A program made the position numbers and the translations under genes. Shown here piece after piece: positions 26,282-35,999 of a DNA stretch of 64,000 bases. The DNA is taken from positions 64,365 to 128,364 of the forward strand of contig JACPIE010000040.1 in the NCBI GenBank assembly GCA_016188245.1, given 5' to 3'. Under the pieces are notes generated by a model. That model did not search any database, was not told the DNA's origin, and was given only the letters and a program-made list of their open reading frames with translations. The stretch is from Candidatus Woesearchaeota archaeon (GTDB lineage Archaea > Nanobdellota > Nanobdellia > Woesearchaeales > GW2011-AR4). Positions within the stretch are counted from its first letter, which is position 1. Each line of letters starts with the position of its first letter.

Positions 26282-29200
26282 ATGCAAAGAGGATGGCTTG
26301 TTATTTTGATTATTGTCATGGCCGCAGCCTATTCTGTTTCTGTTGACTCTAAATCCCACAAGGAGATTGAGGATATTTTTGGCAGCGAAGAAGAAACTGA
26401 AGTTATTGTTGTATTATACGATGATTATGGTGCTTTAAGCGAATTTGGAATTTCCAATTACGAATACAAAGATGATTTTGAGATGAAAAAGATGATGGTG
26501 AAAGGGCAGCAGGAAAGGGTATTCAAGGATTTAAAAATTAAGAAAAAAAATGTGATTTCCGCGCAATCGGACTATGATTTTGAGACGACAAACACCTATT
26601 CAACTGTAAATGGTTTTGCGGGAAAATTAAAGAAATCCAGCTATGAAAAATTAAAAAATAATCCTAAAGTTTTAAAGATAATAAAAAGCGGGACCAAAAG
26701 TCTTGTTCTTGATGCAAGTGTTCCGCAAGTTAATGCCACTAATGCCCAGAGATTGATTTATAACGAAATGAATATAACTGGTAAGGGCGAATCTGTTTGT
26801 GTGATTGATAGCGGAATTGATTACACACACCAAAATTTAGGAGGTTGTACAACTGATACTTTTCTTGCTGGAAACTGCAGCAAGGTTATAGTTGGGCATG
26901 ATTTTAAAAACAATGATAACGACCCTATTGATGACCAGGGGCACGGCACTCATGTTTCAGGGATAATAGCTTCTGCAAATGAAACATTTAGGGGAGTAGC
27001 ACCAGATGCTACATTAGTTGCAATAAAGGTTTGTGACAGCACAAGTGGTGGAAATTGCGCTGATAGTGATGTTGTTGCTGGCATTGACTGGTGTGTCAAT
27101 AACGCTTCAAAGTACAATATTTCCGTTATCAGTATGAGCTTAGGGGGCGGCTCATTCACAAGTCATTGCGATGATGAAAGCAGCGAATCTGTATTTAAAA
27201 CAGCTATTGATAATGCAATATCAAGGAATATATCTGTGATTGTCGCAGCTGGGAATAGTGGAAGCACAACAGATATATCATCACCTGCATGTATAAGGAA
27301 TGCCACTTCAGTAGGCTCTGTTACAAAAGCGGATGCAATTTCTAGTTTTAGCAACAGAAACAGCATAACAGATTTGCTCGCACCAGGAAGTTCAATAAAA
27401 TCAACAGTACCAACAAGTGGATGTATAAATTGTGATTCAAGCGGATTTGTGACGCTTTCAGGCACTTCAATGTCAGCCCCCCATGCCGCAGGAGCTTTCG
27501 CTTTATTGAGGCAGTACAGGAGGCTGGAACAAAACATCACATTGACTCCTGCTCAAATACAAAATGCTTTGAATAACACTGGAAAGCAGATAGCAGACTC
27601 CGGAAGCGGATTGACTTTTTCGAGAATAAACATTTACCAGGCAATTCTTTCTCTTGATGTAACTGCCCCCACAATAAGCTTTTCAAATCCTACTCCGGCA
27701 AATAATACAAAAACTTCAATAAATTCATTGTACATAAGCATAACTTCAAATGAAATTTTATTAGCCGCATTGCTTGAGTTTAACGGCACAAACGAAACAA
27801 TGAACAGAAACGGATTAAACTGGTTCAAGAATAAAACTGTGCCGAACAATCAAAATTCCAGCTATTCCTACAAAGTGTGGGGGAATGACAGTTCCGGAAA
27901 TGCGGCAGTTACGGAATTCAGGATTTTTATATCAAATAATACCGCTCCATTCATCTCATATTTTGCGCCTGCTGAGCTTAATTTTAGCATTGCGGAGTCA
28001 AATTCAAATTTTACATTCAACATTTCTTTTTTTGATGCTGAGAATGACGGCATATCGATAACATGGCGACAAAATGCAAGCATTAGCAAAACTAATTCAA
28101 ATTTCACGTTTCAGAACAATTTTTCAGCATCGGGATTTTACAATATAACTGTGGAAATTTTTGACGGGAACTTTACAGCAAGCATGGAATGGAATATGGC
28201 TGTCAGCAATTCAAATTTTGCGCCAAACATTGCATCAGTAAATTTAACGAACACGGATTTTCTTAACAGGACAAATGGGACTTTGCGGGCATTCTGGAGC
28301 TTTTCAGATTTGGACGGCGACAGCATAACGGCAAATGAGACATCATGGTACATCAATAATTCATTAATTTCAGATTACTCCAACAAAACGTTCATTGACT
28401 CTGCAAATACGACAAAGCTTGAGAACTGGACATTCAGCGTCAGGGTTTTTGACGGATTTAACTGGAGCGATTTTGCCAACAGCTCGAAAATAACCATATT
28501 GAATTCAAAGCCAGTGATGAATATAACGAATGCCCCTATAGCGGTTCAAGAAACCCAGCTCGTAAATATAACGCTTGATGGCTCTGATTTGGACGGCGAC
28601 GCTTTGGTATTCACATCAAATAAAAATGAGCTTGCTGTTTCCGGCAATGCCCTGCTTTGGCATACAAATTTGACAAGCAGCGGAATTTATACAGTAAACA
28701 TTTCCATTAACGACAGCGCAGATACGGACTCAGCAGCCGTAAACATAACAGTGACGGATGCAAGGGACCTGGACAGCGACGGCAATCCTGACTTTAATGA
28801 CACCGATGACGACAATGACGGAATTTCCGATGAAAATGATTTCCTGGTTGGAAATTTGTCTTCTATAAATACAACTGCTCAACTCGGTATAACAATAAAT
28901 GAGGCATCTAACCTGTCAAAATTGTTTAATGGCACTTTTTCAATAGCAATAACCAACGGCTCAGAAACATTCATGGAATTTAACTTTACATTTAACTCAG
29001 GCAATGTTCTTGATTTTGGCAACTTGACCATAAACAGGACAACAAACGGCAGCAGCGCAGTTTCAATAAGGGGATTAAGGCTGCCGGCTAATGCAACAAA
29101 AACAGTTTTCCTTGAAAAGATTAATTCGACAGTAAAATCAGTATGCATAAAGGATGCTGACGCAGGATTTGATGCAATAAGCTCAAGCTGCGACGGGGCA

Positions 29201-29911
29201 AATGAAACTCTTTTGTCATGCGACAATTCAAGCAATGGCCAATACGCCTGCTTTGATACGGGAGCAAGATACAAGATAACAGGATTAAGCCATTCTGCTG
29301 TCAAAGAGCAGTGCAGAGACAATGATGGGGATGGATTCGGCACAGGGTGCGCCGCAGGAAATGACTGCAATGACAACGATGCATCTAAAACCACTTCCTG
29401 CTCAAGCGGAAGCAGCTCATCCGGCAGTTCTGGCGGCGGTGGAGGAGGTGGCGGTGGAGGAGGCGGAGGGGCATTCTTTGTCTGCAACATGGAGTGGAAA
29501 TGCAATGAATGGTCTGCATGCATTGATGCAGCGCAAGCAAGGCAGTGTGATTATGTAAAGGTGCCGCAGCACACTTCCGATATACAATGCCAAATCCTTT
29601 CAGGCCCTCCAATAACAAGCCAAAAATGTGAAGCTGAAAAAAATATTGCATTGTCAGCAGAAACCTGCAGCGACAATATCAAAAACCAGAATGAGGAAAA
29701 TATTGACTGCGGAGGAAACTGCAAGCCATGTATAATTGAAAAGGATGAGAATGCAACTGCGGCAGGGCAGGCTTCAAAAATAGGAAACCAAATAACCGGA
29801 TTTGCTGCCAAAAGCATCACCATAAAAGCCAATGCTTTTATGATTTCGGTTGTTTTAGCCGCTGCAGCCATATCTGCAGCTTTATGGGTGAAATTCAAGA
29901 AATCAGGCTAG
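26282..29911 (+). CDS. Subtilisin-like serine protease (S8) with a long sequon-rich repeat region, Ca-binding-like D-rich motifs, poly-Gly tract and C-terminal TM anchor
   Basis: Catalytic triad motifs VCVIDSGIDYTH, HGTHVSGIIAS and GTSMSAPHAAGAFALL. DLDSDGNPDFNDTDDDNDGISDEND; CRDNDGDGFGTGCAAGNDCNDND; a G13 run; terminal hydrophobic segment plus KFKKSG. Start at MQRGWLVILIIVMAAAYS (ATG 26282) about 25 nt after CTTTAAAAATA. Confidence 0.85.
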   Translation: MQRGWLVILIIVMAAAYSVSVDSKSHKEIEDIFGSEEETEVIVVLYDDYGALSEFGISNYEYKDDFEMKKMMVKGQQERVFKDLKIKKKNVISAQSDYDFETTNTYSTVNGFAGKLKKSSYEKLKNNPKVLKIIKSGTKSLVLDASVPQVNATNAQRLIYNEMNITGKGESVCVIDSGIDYTHQNLGGCTTDTFLAGNCSKVIVGHDFKNNDNDPIDDQGHGTHVSGIIASANETFRGVAPDATLVAIKVCDSTSGGNCADSDVVAGIDWCVNNASKYNISVISMSLGGGSFTSHCDDESSESVFKTAIDNAISRNISVIVAAGNSGSTTDISSPACIRNATSVGSVTKADAISSFSNRNSITDLLAPGSSIKSTVPTSGCINCDSSGFVTLSGTSMSAPHAAGAFALLRQYRRLEQNITLTPAQIQNALNNTGKQIADSGSGLTFSRINIYQAILSLDVTAPTISFSNPTPANNTKTSINSLYISITSNEILLAALLEFNGTNETMNRNGLNWFKNKTVPNNQNSSYSYKVWGNDSSGNAAVTEFRIFISNNTAPFISYFAPAELNFSIAESNSNFTFNISFFDAENDGISITWRQNASISKTNSNFTFQNNFSASGFYNITVEIFDGNFTASMEWNMAVSNSNFAPNIASVNLTNTDFLNRTNGTLRAFWSFSDLDGDSITANETSWYINNSLISDYSNKTFIDSANTTKLENWTFSVRVFDGFNWSDFANSSKITILNSKPVMNITNAPIAVQETQLVNITLDGSDLDGDALVFTSNKNELAVSGNALLWHTNLTSSGIYTVNISINDSADTDSAAVNITVTDARDLDSDGNPDFNDTDDDNDGISDENDFLVGNLSSINTTAQLGITINEASNLSKLFNGTFSIAITNGSETFMEFNFTFNSGNVLDFGNLTINRTTNGSSAVSIRGLRLPANATKTVFLEKINSTVKSVCIKDADAGFDAISSSCDGANETLLSCDNSSNGQYACFDTGARYKITGLSHSAVKEQCRDNDGDGFGTGCAAGNDCNDNDASKTTSCSSGSSSSGSSGGGGGGGGGGGGGAFFVCNMEWKCNEWSACIDAAQARQCDYVKVPQHTSDIQCQILSGPPITSQKCEAEKNIALSAETCSDNIKNQNEENIDCGGNCKPCIIEKDENATAAGQASKIGNQITGFAAKSITIKANAFMISVVLAAAAISAALWVKFKKSG

Positions 29912-29919
29912 GCAGAATT

Positions 29920-30612
29920 CTATTTCACGCTTACAGTTATCAGCTCCATCCTTTCTATGTCGCTTAAGTCAACCAAAGGCTTCGGGAATTTGCTGTAGTC
30001 GTCAAGTATCCTGTTGCATGCTGTGTTGACCCAGCACTGTATGAACGGGAAATTCTCAATTTGGCTAAAATCCAAGGTGTCAAAAGCAAAGATATAGCAG
30101 TTCTTGTCCTTAAGCTGTTTTTTTAATTCGACTGCCTTCCTGAAATTATTCTGCCCCGGCTTCAGTGAAACAAGTATCCCTATTTCAGTTGCATCCAGGA
30201 ATTTCAGGTAAGCCCCTTTTCTTTTTTTGTTGTGCCTCTCGATTTCTGCGCGGTCTATCTTCGACATGATTGCATTAACCGGATCATAGCAAAACACATC
30301 CTTGTCAATGCTCAAGGCAATTCCCAGCGGGTGAAAAACGCCCGTTCCTATATAAAGGAAAGCATCAACATTGTCCTTTACTTTTTCTGCAGCTCCTGTG
30401 TCGCAGCCAAGCAATTGCCCATCATATTTTTGCCTAAGCTTATCAGCGAATATTGTCTTGCCCCTGCTTTCCAGATACTCCCTAATTTCATCAAAATAAT
30501 CAAGGAACTGCACGGTCGTGGCTAATCCTATTGTTCTCGGCAATGCCCCTGCATCCAAATTCGACAGGTCAATTTTGCCTTTGTAGCGCCCTTCAACCAT
30601 CATGATTTTCAT
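29920..30612 (-). CDS. dph2: Short Dph2-like protein (diphthamide synthesis 3-amino-3-carboxypropyl transferase), lacking the usual N-terminal domain
   Basis: TIGLATTVQF, GQLLGCDTGAA, LYIGTGVFHPLG and VNTACNRI resemble Dph2 domains 2-3. Only 230 aa, with an in-frame stop 9 codons upstream of the ATG. Confidence 0.6.
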   Translation of the reverse strand: MKIMMVEGRYKGKIDLSNLDAGALPRTIGLATTVQFLDYFDEIREYLESRGKTIFADKLRQKYDGQLLGCDTGAAEKVKDNVDAFLYIGTGVFHPLGIALSIDKDVFCYDPVNAIMSKIDRAEIERHNKKRKGAYLKFLDATEIGILVSLKPGQNNFRKAVELKKQLKDKNCYIFAFDTLDFSQIENFPFIQCWVNTACNRILDDYSKFPKPLVDLSDIERMELITVSVK

Positions 30613-30776
30613 AGGCTTTGTATTGCTGCACTGCTTTTAAATGTTTTGGGAATTTTTCTTCGATTTTTCCGCTTTGCATGCCGGCTTGGTCAATTAAAAT
30701 AAAAGCCCAATCTTTTCTTTTACCACATTGAAGTACATACAATCATTTTTAAACATTAATTCCAGAATCAAGGATA

Positions 30777-32684
30777 ATGGCTGAGTTAAAGAGGGCCCTG
30801 GGCTTTTGGACTGTGCTATCCCTTGCTATTGCGTCAATAATGGGCACGGGCCTGTTCTTTGGGGCTGCAGTAGGCTCAAGCTACTCAGGCAATGCATCCA
30901 TCATTGCATGGGTAATATTGACGGCCATTGCCATTATTATAAGCCTCTACTTCGCTGAGCTTTCATCAATGTACCCAAAGGCAGGCGGAGTTTACGAGTT
31001 CAGCAAGCAGTCTTACGGCAGGTTTTTTTCGTTTTTAATGGGGTGGATTGCATGGCTTGTCGGCAACCTGACAACTTCACTGCTTGTTGTTGCTGCAATT
31101 GACTACATGCTGCCTGACGAATCAAAATTTTGGCTGAAATTTGGGATATGCGTGCTGTTCATTATCGCCTTGAACCTTGTGGCTTATGTCGGCATTGAGG
31201 CAAGCGCGTTGCTCCTTGTGGTTTTTGCAATGGCTTCCATAGGTGTGCTGCTTTCCATCATACTTCCGGGCTTTTTATTTGTCAATACTTCAAATTATTT
31301 TCCGTTTTTTTCGTTTGGGGTAACTTCAATCATCGTAGCAATATTCTTTCTTACCGAGAGCTTCTTTGGGTGGGAAAGCGCAACTTACCTTGCTGAAGAA
31401 ACCCAGGAGCCGGAAAAGACAATACCCAAAGCGATTATAATTGGAACGGTGATTGTGGGCATTCTGGGAATCCTGATGAATGTGGTATCTCTGGGGGTTG
31501 TTCCGTGGAAAGCGCTTGCTTCATCAAATGCGCCGCTTGCCCTGGTTTCTGAAAAGGCGATTGGAATTGTCGGGATGAAAGCCGTCAATTTTGGGATTCT
31601 TATTGCGCTGATAGGCTCTGCTGCCAGCAGCATAATAACAATGCCAAGGCTTATACTTGCCCTTGCAAGGGACAAGCTGTTTATATCGCAGCTAAGCGCC
31701 ATTCATGAAAAGTTTAAGACCCCCCATAAAGCGATAATCTTCCAGTCAATTGTCTCATTATTGGTTTTGGCAATGGCATTTGGAAAATACAGGGCTTTGC
31801 TCAGCCTGCTGCTGCCCCTTGGCCTTGTAATGTACGTGTTTGTCGTGATATCGGTGCCTATTCTGAGAAAAAAAGAGCCAGGCATGCCAAGAAACTACAA
31901 AGTGCCTTTTGCAAAAACAACATCTGTGCTCTTGGTTTCATTTATAATTGTGATGGCTGCCCTGTGGGTTTTTTCTGACACATCTGCATTAAACACCCTC
32001 AAGCTCGCCATTTCGCTTGTTTTTGTCGGCATGCCCATATATCTGCTGCTTGAGATATACTACAACCCGGATGCAATAATAAAGATGAATGATATGCTTG
32101 CCTACCTGACTCTGCTGACAGAAAGGATAATCCTGCCCAAAAATGTCAGGAAAGAGATACTCGCGCTTCTTGGCGACGTGAAAGGGAAAAAAATCCTGGA
32201 ATTCGGCTGCTCAGTGGGAACTTTGACTTTGCACCTGGCTGAAGCTGTCAGCGCAAGCGGCAGAGTTTATGCAACAGACCTGTCAACAAGGGACTTGTCC
32301 ATAACAAAAAAAAGGCTTGTTAAGCATGGGCACACCCACGTCATTGTAATCCACGACGAGCACCAGGTGAACCGAGTCCATCCTTCAATACCCTATGTTG
32401 ATGCAATTGTAAGCATAGGCATGATGGGCTACCTGCAGGACGTAAAAAAAGTTTTGAAGGAAATGCGCGACTTGCTGCCTTACGGAGGAAAGATAGTCTT
32501 TGCGGATTATGCCGATTTTTTTGGCATAATACCCAATGTAGCATGGCTTTCAAGCGACAAGATGATAGAAAAAATGTTCAGGGATGCCGGATTTTCCGTC
32601 TTTGTAACAAGGAAAAAAGGAATGTTCTGGAATTATGTCTATGTTTACGGCATCAAGTTCCATGAAAATGTGCCTTATGTCTAG
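30777..32684 (+). CDS. Fusion protein: APC-family amino acid permease (about 12 TM) plus C-terminal class I SAM-dependent methyltransferase
   Basis: The N-terminus is LSLAIASIMGTGLFFG...AELSSMYPKAGGVYEF. The C-terminus has ILEFGCSVGTLTLHLA (motif I), VYATDLS and GGKIVFADY. Confidence 0.75.
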   Translation: MAELKRALGFWTVLSLAIASIMGTGLFFGAAVGSSYSGNASIIAWVILTAIAIIISLYFAELSSMYPKAGGVYEFSKQSYGRFFSFLMGWIAWLVGNLTTSLLVVAAIDYMLPDESKFWLKFGICVLFIIALNLVAYVGIEASALLLVVFAMASIGVLLSIILPGFLFVNTSNYFPFFSFGVTSIIVAIFFLTESFFGWESATYLAEETQEPEKTIPKAIIIGTVIVGILGILMNVVSLGVVPWKALASSNAPLALVSEKAIGIVGMKAVNFGILIALIGSAASSIITMPRLILALARDKLFISQLSAIHEKFKTPHKAIIFQSIVSLLVLAMAFGKYRALLSLLLPLGLVMYVFVVISVPILRKKEPGMPRNYKVPFAKTTSVLLVSFIIVMAALWVFSDTSALNTLKLAISLVFVGMPIYLLLEIYYNPDAIIKMNDMLAYLTLLTERIILPKNVRKEILALLGDVKGKKILEFGCSVGTLTLHLAEAVSASGRVYATDLSTRDLSITKKRLVKHGHTHVIVIHDEHQVNRVHPSIPYVDAIVSIGMMGYLQDVKKVLKEMRDLLPYGGKIVFADYADFFGIIPNVAWLSSDKMIEKMFRDAGFSVFVTRKKGMFWNYVYVYGIKFHENVPYV

Positions 32685-33079
32685 CTGTTTATAAAAACTA
32701 TCCCGTTGATTTTTGTTATTTTATTGCTTCCCTTCACTATGCTGCCGGTTACATTTATCGGCAGGAATTTTACATATTCTTCATCAAGAAAAATCACAGA
32801 AAGCTCCCTGTTGTCGGTTATAGATATGCTGTAGTTAATTCCGTTGACTTTTTGGGGCATCTCAAAAGCTCTCGAGTAGCCGTCATTCACTGATTTTGCA
32901 TTTTCTATTTCGCGATATGCAAATTCCGCAGTGCTCTCTGCAATTTTTCTGTTGCTCTCCAGCCTTGCTTCGGTCATTCTTGAGCTTGCAAGCGAGAAAA
33001 AGCCGAGTATTATCAGGAGCATGAAAGAAGCCAGCACTACAAATTCCATTGCAGACTGGGATTTTTGCATTTTATGCAT
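32681..33079 (-). CDS. Archaeal type IV pilin-like protein (class III signal peptide)
   Basis: MHKMQKSQSAMEFVVLASFMLLIILGFF is a K-x-Q-S-A-hE-F plus hydrophobic helix pattern. Confidence 0.7.
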   Translation of the reverse strand: MHKMQKSQSAMEFVVLASFMLLIILGFFSLASSRMTEARLESNRKIAESTAEFAYREIENAKSVNDGYSRAFEMPQKVNGINYSISITDNRELSVIFLDEEYVKFLPINVTGSIVKGSNKITKINGIVFINS

Positions 33080-33080
33080 T

Positions 33081-33539
33081 TTAGGTTACTTTAAGGAGTA
33101 TGGAGCCGGCGCTTATGGCAGATATTTCAAGCTTCTTAAGCCCGGAGCTTGCAAGCTCCGGCAGTTTGCAGACATTTGCCTCGCAGTTCAAGCCGGTTAT
33201 ATTGACGGATGAAAAGAACACGATTTCAGATGCGCCGAAATTTGTGGAGATGTTGAAGACAAGCTCCCTGTTGTCTATTATCATGGCAGCCTCTATATTG
33301 TCAGGGACATTTAATTCAAGTGTCGATTTTGAGCCTTCTCCGGAATAAAAAATAACCTCGGCAGTGTCAACAATGCTCCTGCCAAGCTTGGTTGTCTGCG
33401 CATCAATTATCTCCTCGCTTGATTCTTTTGAATAGTTATAGAACAGGTAAGTTGTTGGCACTATAATCACGAAAGTCAGCGCCACGACCATCAGGTATTC
33501 GAGCGATGACTGGGAAGGCTTGAATTTTGCAAATTTCAT
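33081..33539 (-). CDS. Archaeal type IV pilin-like protein
   Basis: MKFAKFKPSQSSLEYLMVVALTFVIIV; start moved to ATG 33539. Confidence 0.7.
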   Translation of the reverse strand: MKFAKFKPSQSSLEYLMVVALTFVIIVPTTYLFYNYSKESSEEIIDAQTTKLGRSIVDTAEVIFYSGEGSKSTLELNVPDNIEAAMIIDNRELVFNISTNFGASEIVFFSSVNITGLNCEANVCKLPELASSGLKKLEISAISAGSILLKVT

Positions 33540-33552
33540 CAGGCAGCTGCCG

Positions 33553-34023
33553 TTAACTGGATGTGATTTTTCCATTTATTTTACCGCGTATTACATGTTC
33601 CGGTTTGCTCGGGGTATCCGGGGCGTGATAGCTCATTGATATCTTCAGCTCAATCCTTTCATTTGCAAGATAGCCGCCGCCCGAGCAGGATGCGAATGTG
33701 ATTTCCTTTTCCGTCGAGTGCGGCCATTCAAAACCCGGAGGAGCGGAGCATGCAACCGGAGGCACTGCATCGTTCGTTATCTGGAGCGAGGTTACATTGA
33801 TGTCTTCTCCAAGGTTATTGGCAAGCTTGATCTGCACATTTTCAGGGCTCAGCCCAAAATCAATGCACTTAAACTGCGAGGGAAAAACGCATTTTTGCGG
33901 GAGGTATTTCCCGAAATCAAATATTCCGAAATAATACAGCGCAATTATCGTTATCACGATGACAAAAAATGACCATGCGTATGTCGTAAGAAATTCCAGG
34001 GCTGCCTGTGACTTGCTGCGCAT
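33553..34023 (-). CDS. Archaeal type IV pilin-like protein
   Basis: MRSKSQAALEFLTTYAWSFFVIVITI; start moved to ATG 34023. Confidence 0.75.
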   Translation of the reverse strand: MRSKSQAALEFLTTYAWSFFVIVITIIALYYFGIFDFGKYLPQKCVFPSQFKCIDFGLSPENVQIKLANNLGEDINVTSLQITNDAVPPVACSAPPGFEWPHSTEKEITFASCSGGGYLANERIELKISMSYHAPDTPSKPEHVIRGKINGKITSS

Positions 34024-34118
34024 TTTTACCTCTTTTTTGCAATATATCCTTAAGGCATTTTTCAAATAAAAAAATTAAAGAATTCGGTATATAAAATTTG
34101 CGCTTCTGCCTATCCTGC

Positions 34119-34616
34119 CTAAATCACTCCGGAGAATATTTCCCCGTTTACTTCTTTGGCATAGCTTGAGCCGCTGGATACTGAGAAGTACCTGAGCTTG
34201 AACAGCACTTTTCCTTTCTCGCCGGCAACCATGCCGGTTTGAGCTGTATTGCAGCCGCTCCATGAAAAGTCAATTATCTCGCCGGTTTTCCATGATGTTG
34301 CGTTTGCAGGTCCCGTTGAGCATGAGTATTGCGTGCTGGTTTCGCTGCTCAGCAATATAGACTGCACAGTAACTGGCTCGCCGGCATTATTCTTGAGCCT
34401 TACCTTGAACGTGTTGTCTGTAGCTGAAATCTGGAAGTCAAGGCATTCAAATTCAGGGCCTACATTGCACCTGTTTGGCAGTACCTTGCTAGGGCTTAAA
34501 ATCCCGAAATATGCAAGCGTCCCGACCATAATCAGTATAACCAGGAATGCCCAGCCGTATGTTGTTAAAAACTCCAATGCTGCCTGCGATTTTTTCTGTA
34601 ATCTCTTAAATGCCAT
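34119..34616 (-). CDS. Archaeal type IV pilin-like protein
   Basis: MAFKRLQKKSQAALEFLTTYGWAFLVILIMV, a paralog of 33553-34023. Confidence 0.75.
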   Translation of the reverse strand: MAFKRLQKKSQAALEFLTTYGWAFLVILIMVGTLAYFGILSPSKVLPNRCNVGPEFECLDFQISATDNTFKVRLKNNAGEPVTVQSILLSSETSTQYSCSTGPANATSWKTGEIIDFSWSGCNTAQTGMVAGEKGKVLFKLRYFSVSSGSSYAKEVNGEIFSGVI

Positions 34617-34848
34617 ATTTACCAGCCCTTTTTTGGTTTTTTATTTTTCCTTTGTCATGTTCCTTTACATAAAACAATATTCCGAGTATTATCAAGAGCA
34701 GCAGTGAATTGACAAGCGAAAGCACCAGGTTCATTGAGCCAAGGTCGCTGTCCTTCAGGCCTGCAGTTACATACACTCCGATTATCATAGTCAGAATAAC
34801 AACAATTGCAGTCAAGAATTTGTATGGAATTTGCGCGCTATTTCCCAT
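34606..34848 (-). CDS. Small 2-TM membrane protein at the head of the pilin sub-operon
   Basis: 80-aa ORF. CGAAAAGTTTATAAAC promoter-like element about 90 nt upstream, with an A-rich leader. Confidence 0.5.
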   Translation of the reverse strand: MGNSAQIPYKFLTAIVVILTMIIGVYVTAGLKDSDLGSMNLVLSLVNSLLLLIILGILFYVKEHDKGKIKNQKRAGKYGI

Positions 34849-34973
34849 TTTTGCTCTTTTTTTAATGTCTTTTTTTAATGCTCTTTTTTATCTTCTTTTT
34901 TATCTTTTTATTTTTATTTGCGTCCTTGTTTATAAACTTTTCGATTTTAGCGTTTATTGCAAATCATGGCTCG

Positions 34974-35999
34974 TCAGGTTATTCCCGCAAAAAGTGTCCC
35001 AAGCACCTTCATGAAAACTGCATAAAACAGGATTGAGCCGGAAACATATATGGGAATGTATTTCACCCCGCCTTTCATGTCGCCTTTCTCGACGATAGAA
35101 ACTATGAGGGAAGAAAAGAAGGATATCACAAAAATCGAGATTACCGAGAATATCTTGAAGTCCTGCGGATTCACATTAATTTTTGAAAACGCAAATGGCA
35201 GGGCACCTACCCTTTGGGTGGCCGATGACAGCTGCCCTACAAAATTTGTGATTATGGCAAGCAGGTGGAACGAAAGCGCAAAAAGCAGCGGGCTTATCAC
35301 CACAACAATAACCGAGATGAATATCATGTATGCAATTGCCGATGCAGACATCTCGTTCTTCAAAGATTTTGTTTCCTTCAGGTTGTCCACGAGCCTGTCT
35401 ATGAGCTGGGATACATTGCCGCCGCTCTCCACTTCGGTGATTATCAGGTCAACTGTCCGCCTGAGCATCAGTGAATCATATTTGTCCGCGAGCTCTGTTA
35501 AAGCCTTTCCTATCTCATAGCCTGTCATCACTTTTTTTGAAGATTTCGCCATTTCGGAGCCGAGCACGTTGAAGCGCGGCTTGACAGCTGCCCACAGCGC
35601 CCTTTCAAAAGTCATCCCTCCTTTTAGATTGGAAGAAAGCACCTGAAGAAAGTCCGGCAGCTGGTCTTCCATTTTTCTTGTCCTGTGGTATATTTTCAGG
35701 TCCAGGTAAAAGTAAACAAGAAGCATGAACAAAGTCGCAAAGAATATCTGAATCATGAACCATCCGAAAAAAGAATAAAAATAGATTTCAAGAAGCGAAA
35801 ATTTTTTTAGGTAAGGGTAGATGAATGCAATAAAGATTAAAGTGGTTATAAGGGCAGAGATATAAAACAGCGCTCCGAAAAGCCTGTATGGAACTTCATT
35901 AAAGCCGGCTTTAAGCAGGTATTTTTTCAGGATTGGCGCGGCTTTTTTCGGCACAAACGCCTTTCCAAACTCCTCCAGGAAAATTATTTTCAATGCCAT
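34974..35999 (-). CDS. Type II secretion system F-family platform protein (TadC/FlaJ-like)
   Basis: 341 aa with a cytoplasmic helical domain between TM blocks (LSSNLKGGMTFERALWAAV...). Abuts the preceding paralogous gene. Confidence 0.75.
   Translation of the reverse strand: MALKIIFLEEFGKAFVPKKAAPILKKYLLKAGFNEVPYRLFGALFYISALITTLIFIAFIYPYLKKFSLLEIYFYSFFGWFMIQIFFATLFMLLVYFYLDLKIYHRTRKMEDQLPDFLQVLSSNLKGGMTFERALWAAVKPRFNVLGSEMAKSSKKVMTGYEIGKALTELADKYDSLMLRRTVDLIITEVESGGNVSQLIDRLVDNLKETKSLKNEMSASAIAYMIFISVIVVVISPLLFALSFHLLAIITNFVGQLSSATQRVGALPFAFSKINVNPQDFKIFSVISIFVISFFSSLIVSIVEKGDMKGGVKYIPIYVSGSILFYAVFMKVLGTLFAGIT

Noticed and set aside
29425-29470. Poly-Gly-coding tract as a slippage-prone phase-variation repeat
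   Set aside because: The codons are mixed (GGC/GGT/GGA/GGG), not a homopolymer or perfect short tandem repeat, so slippage is unlikely.
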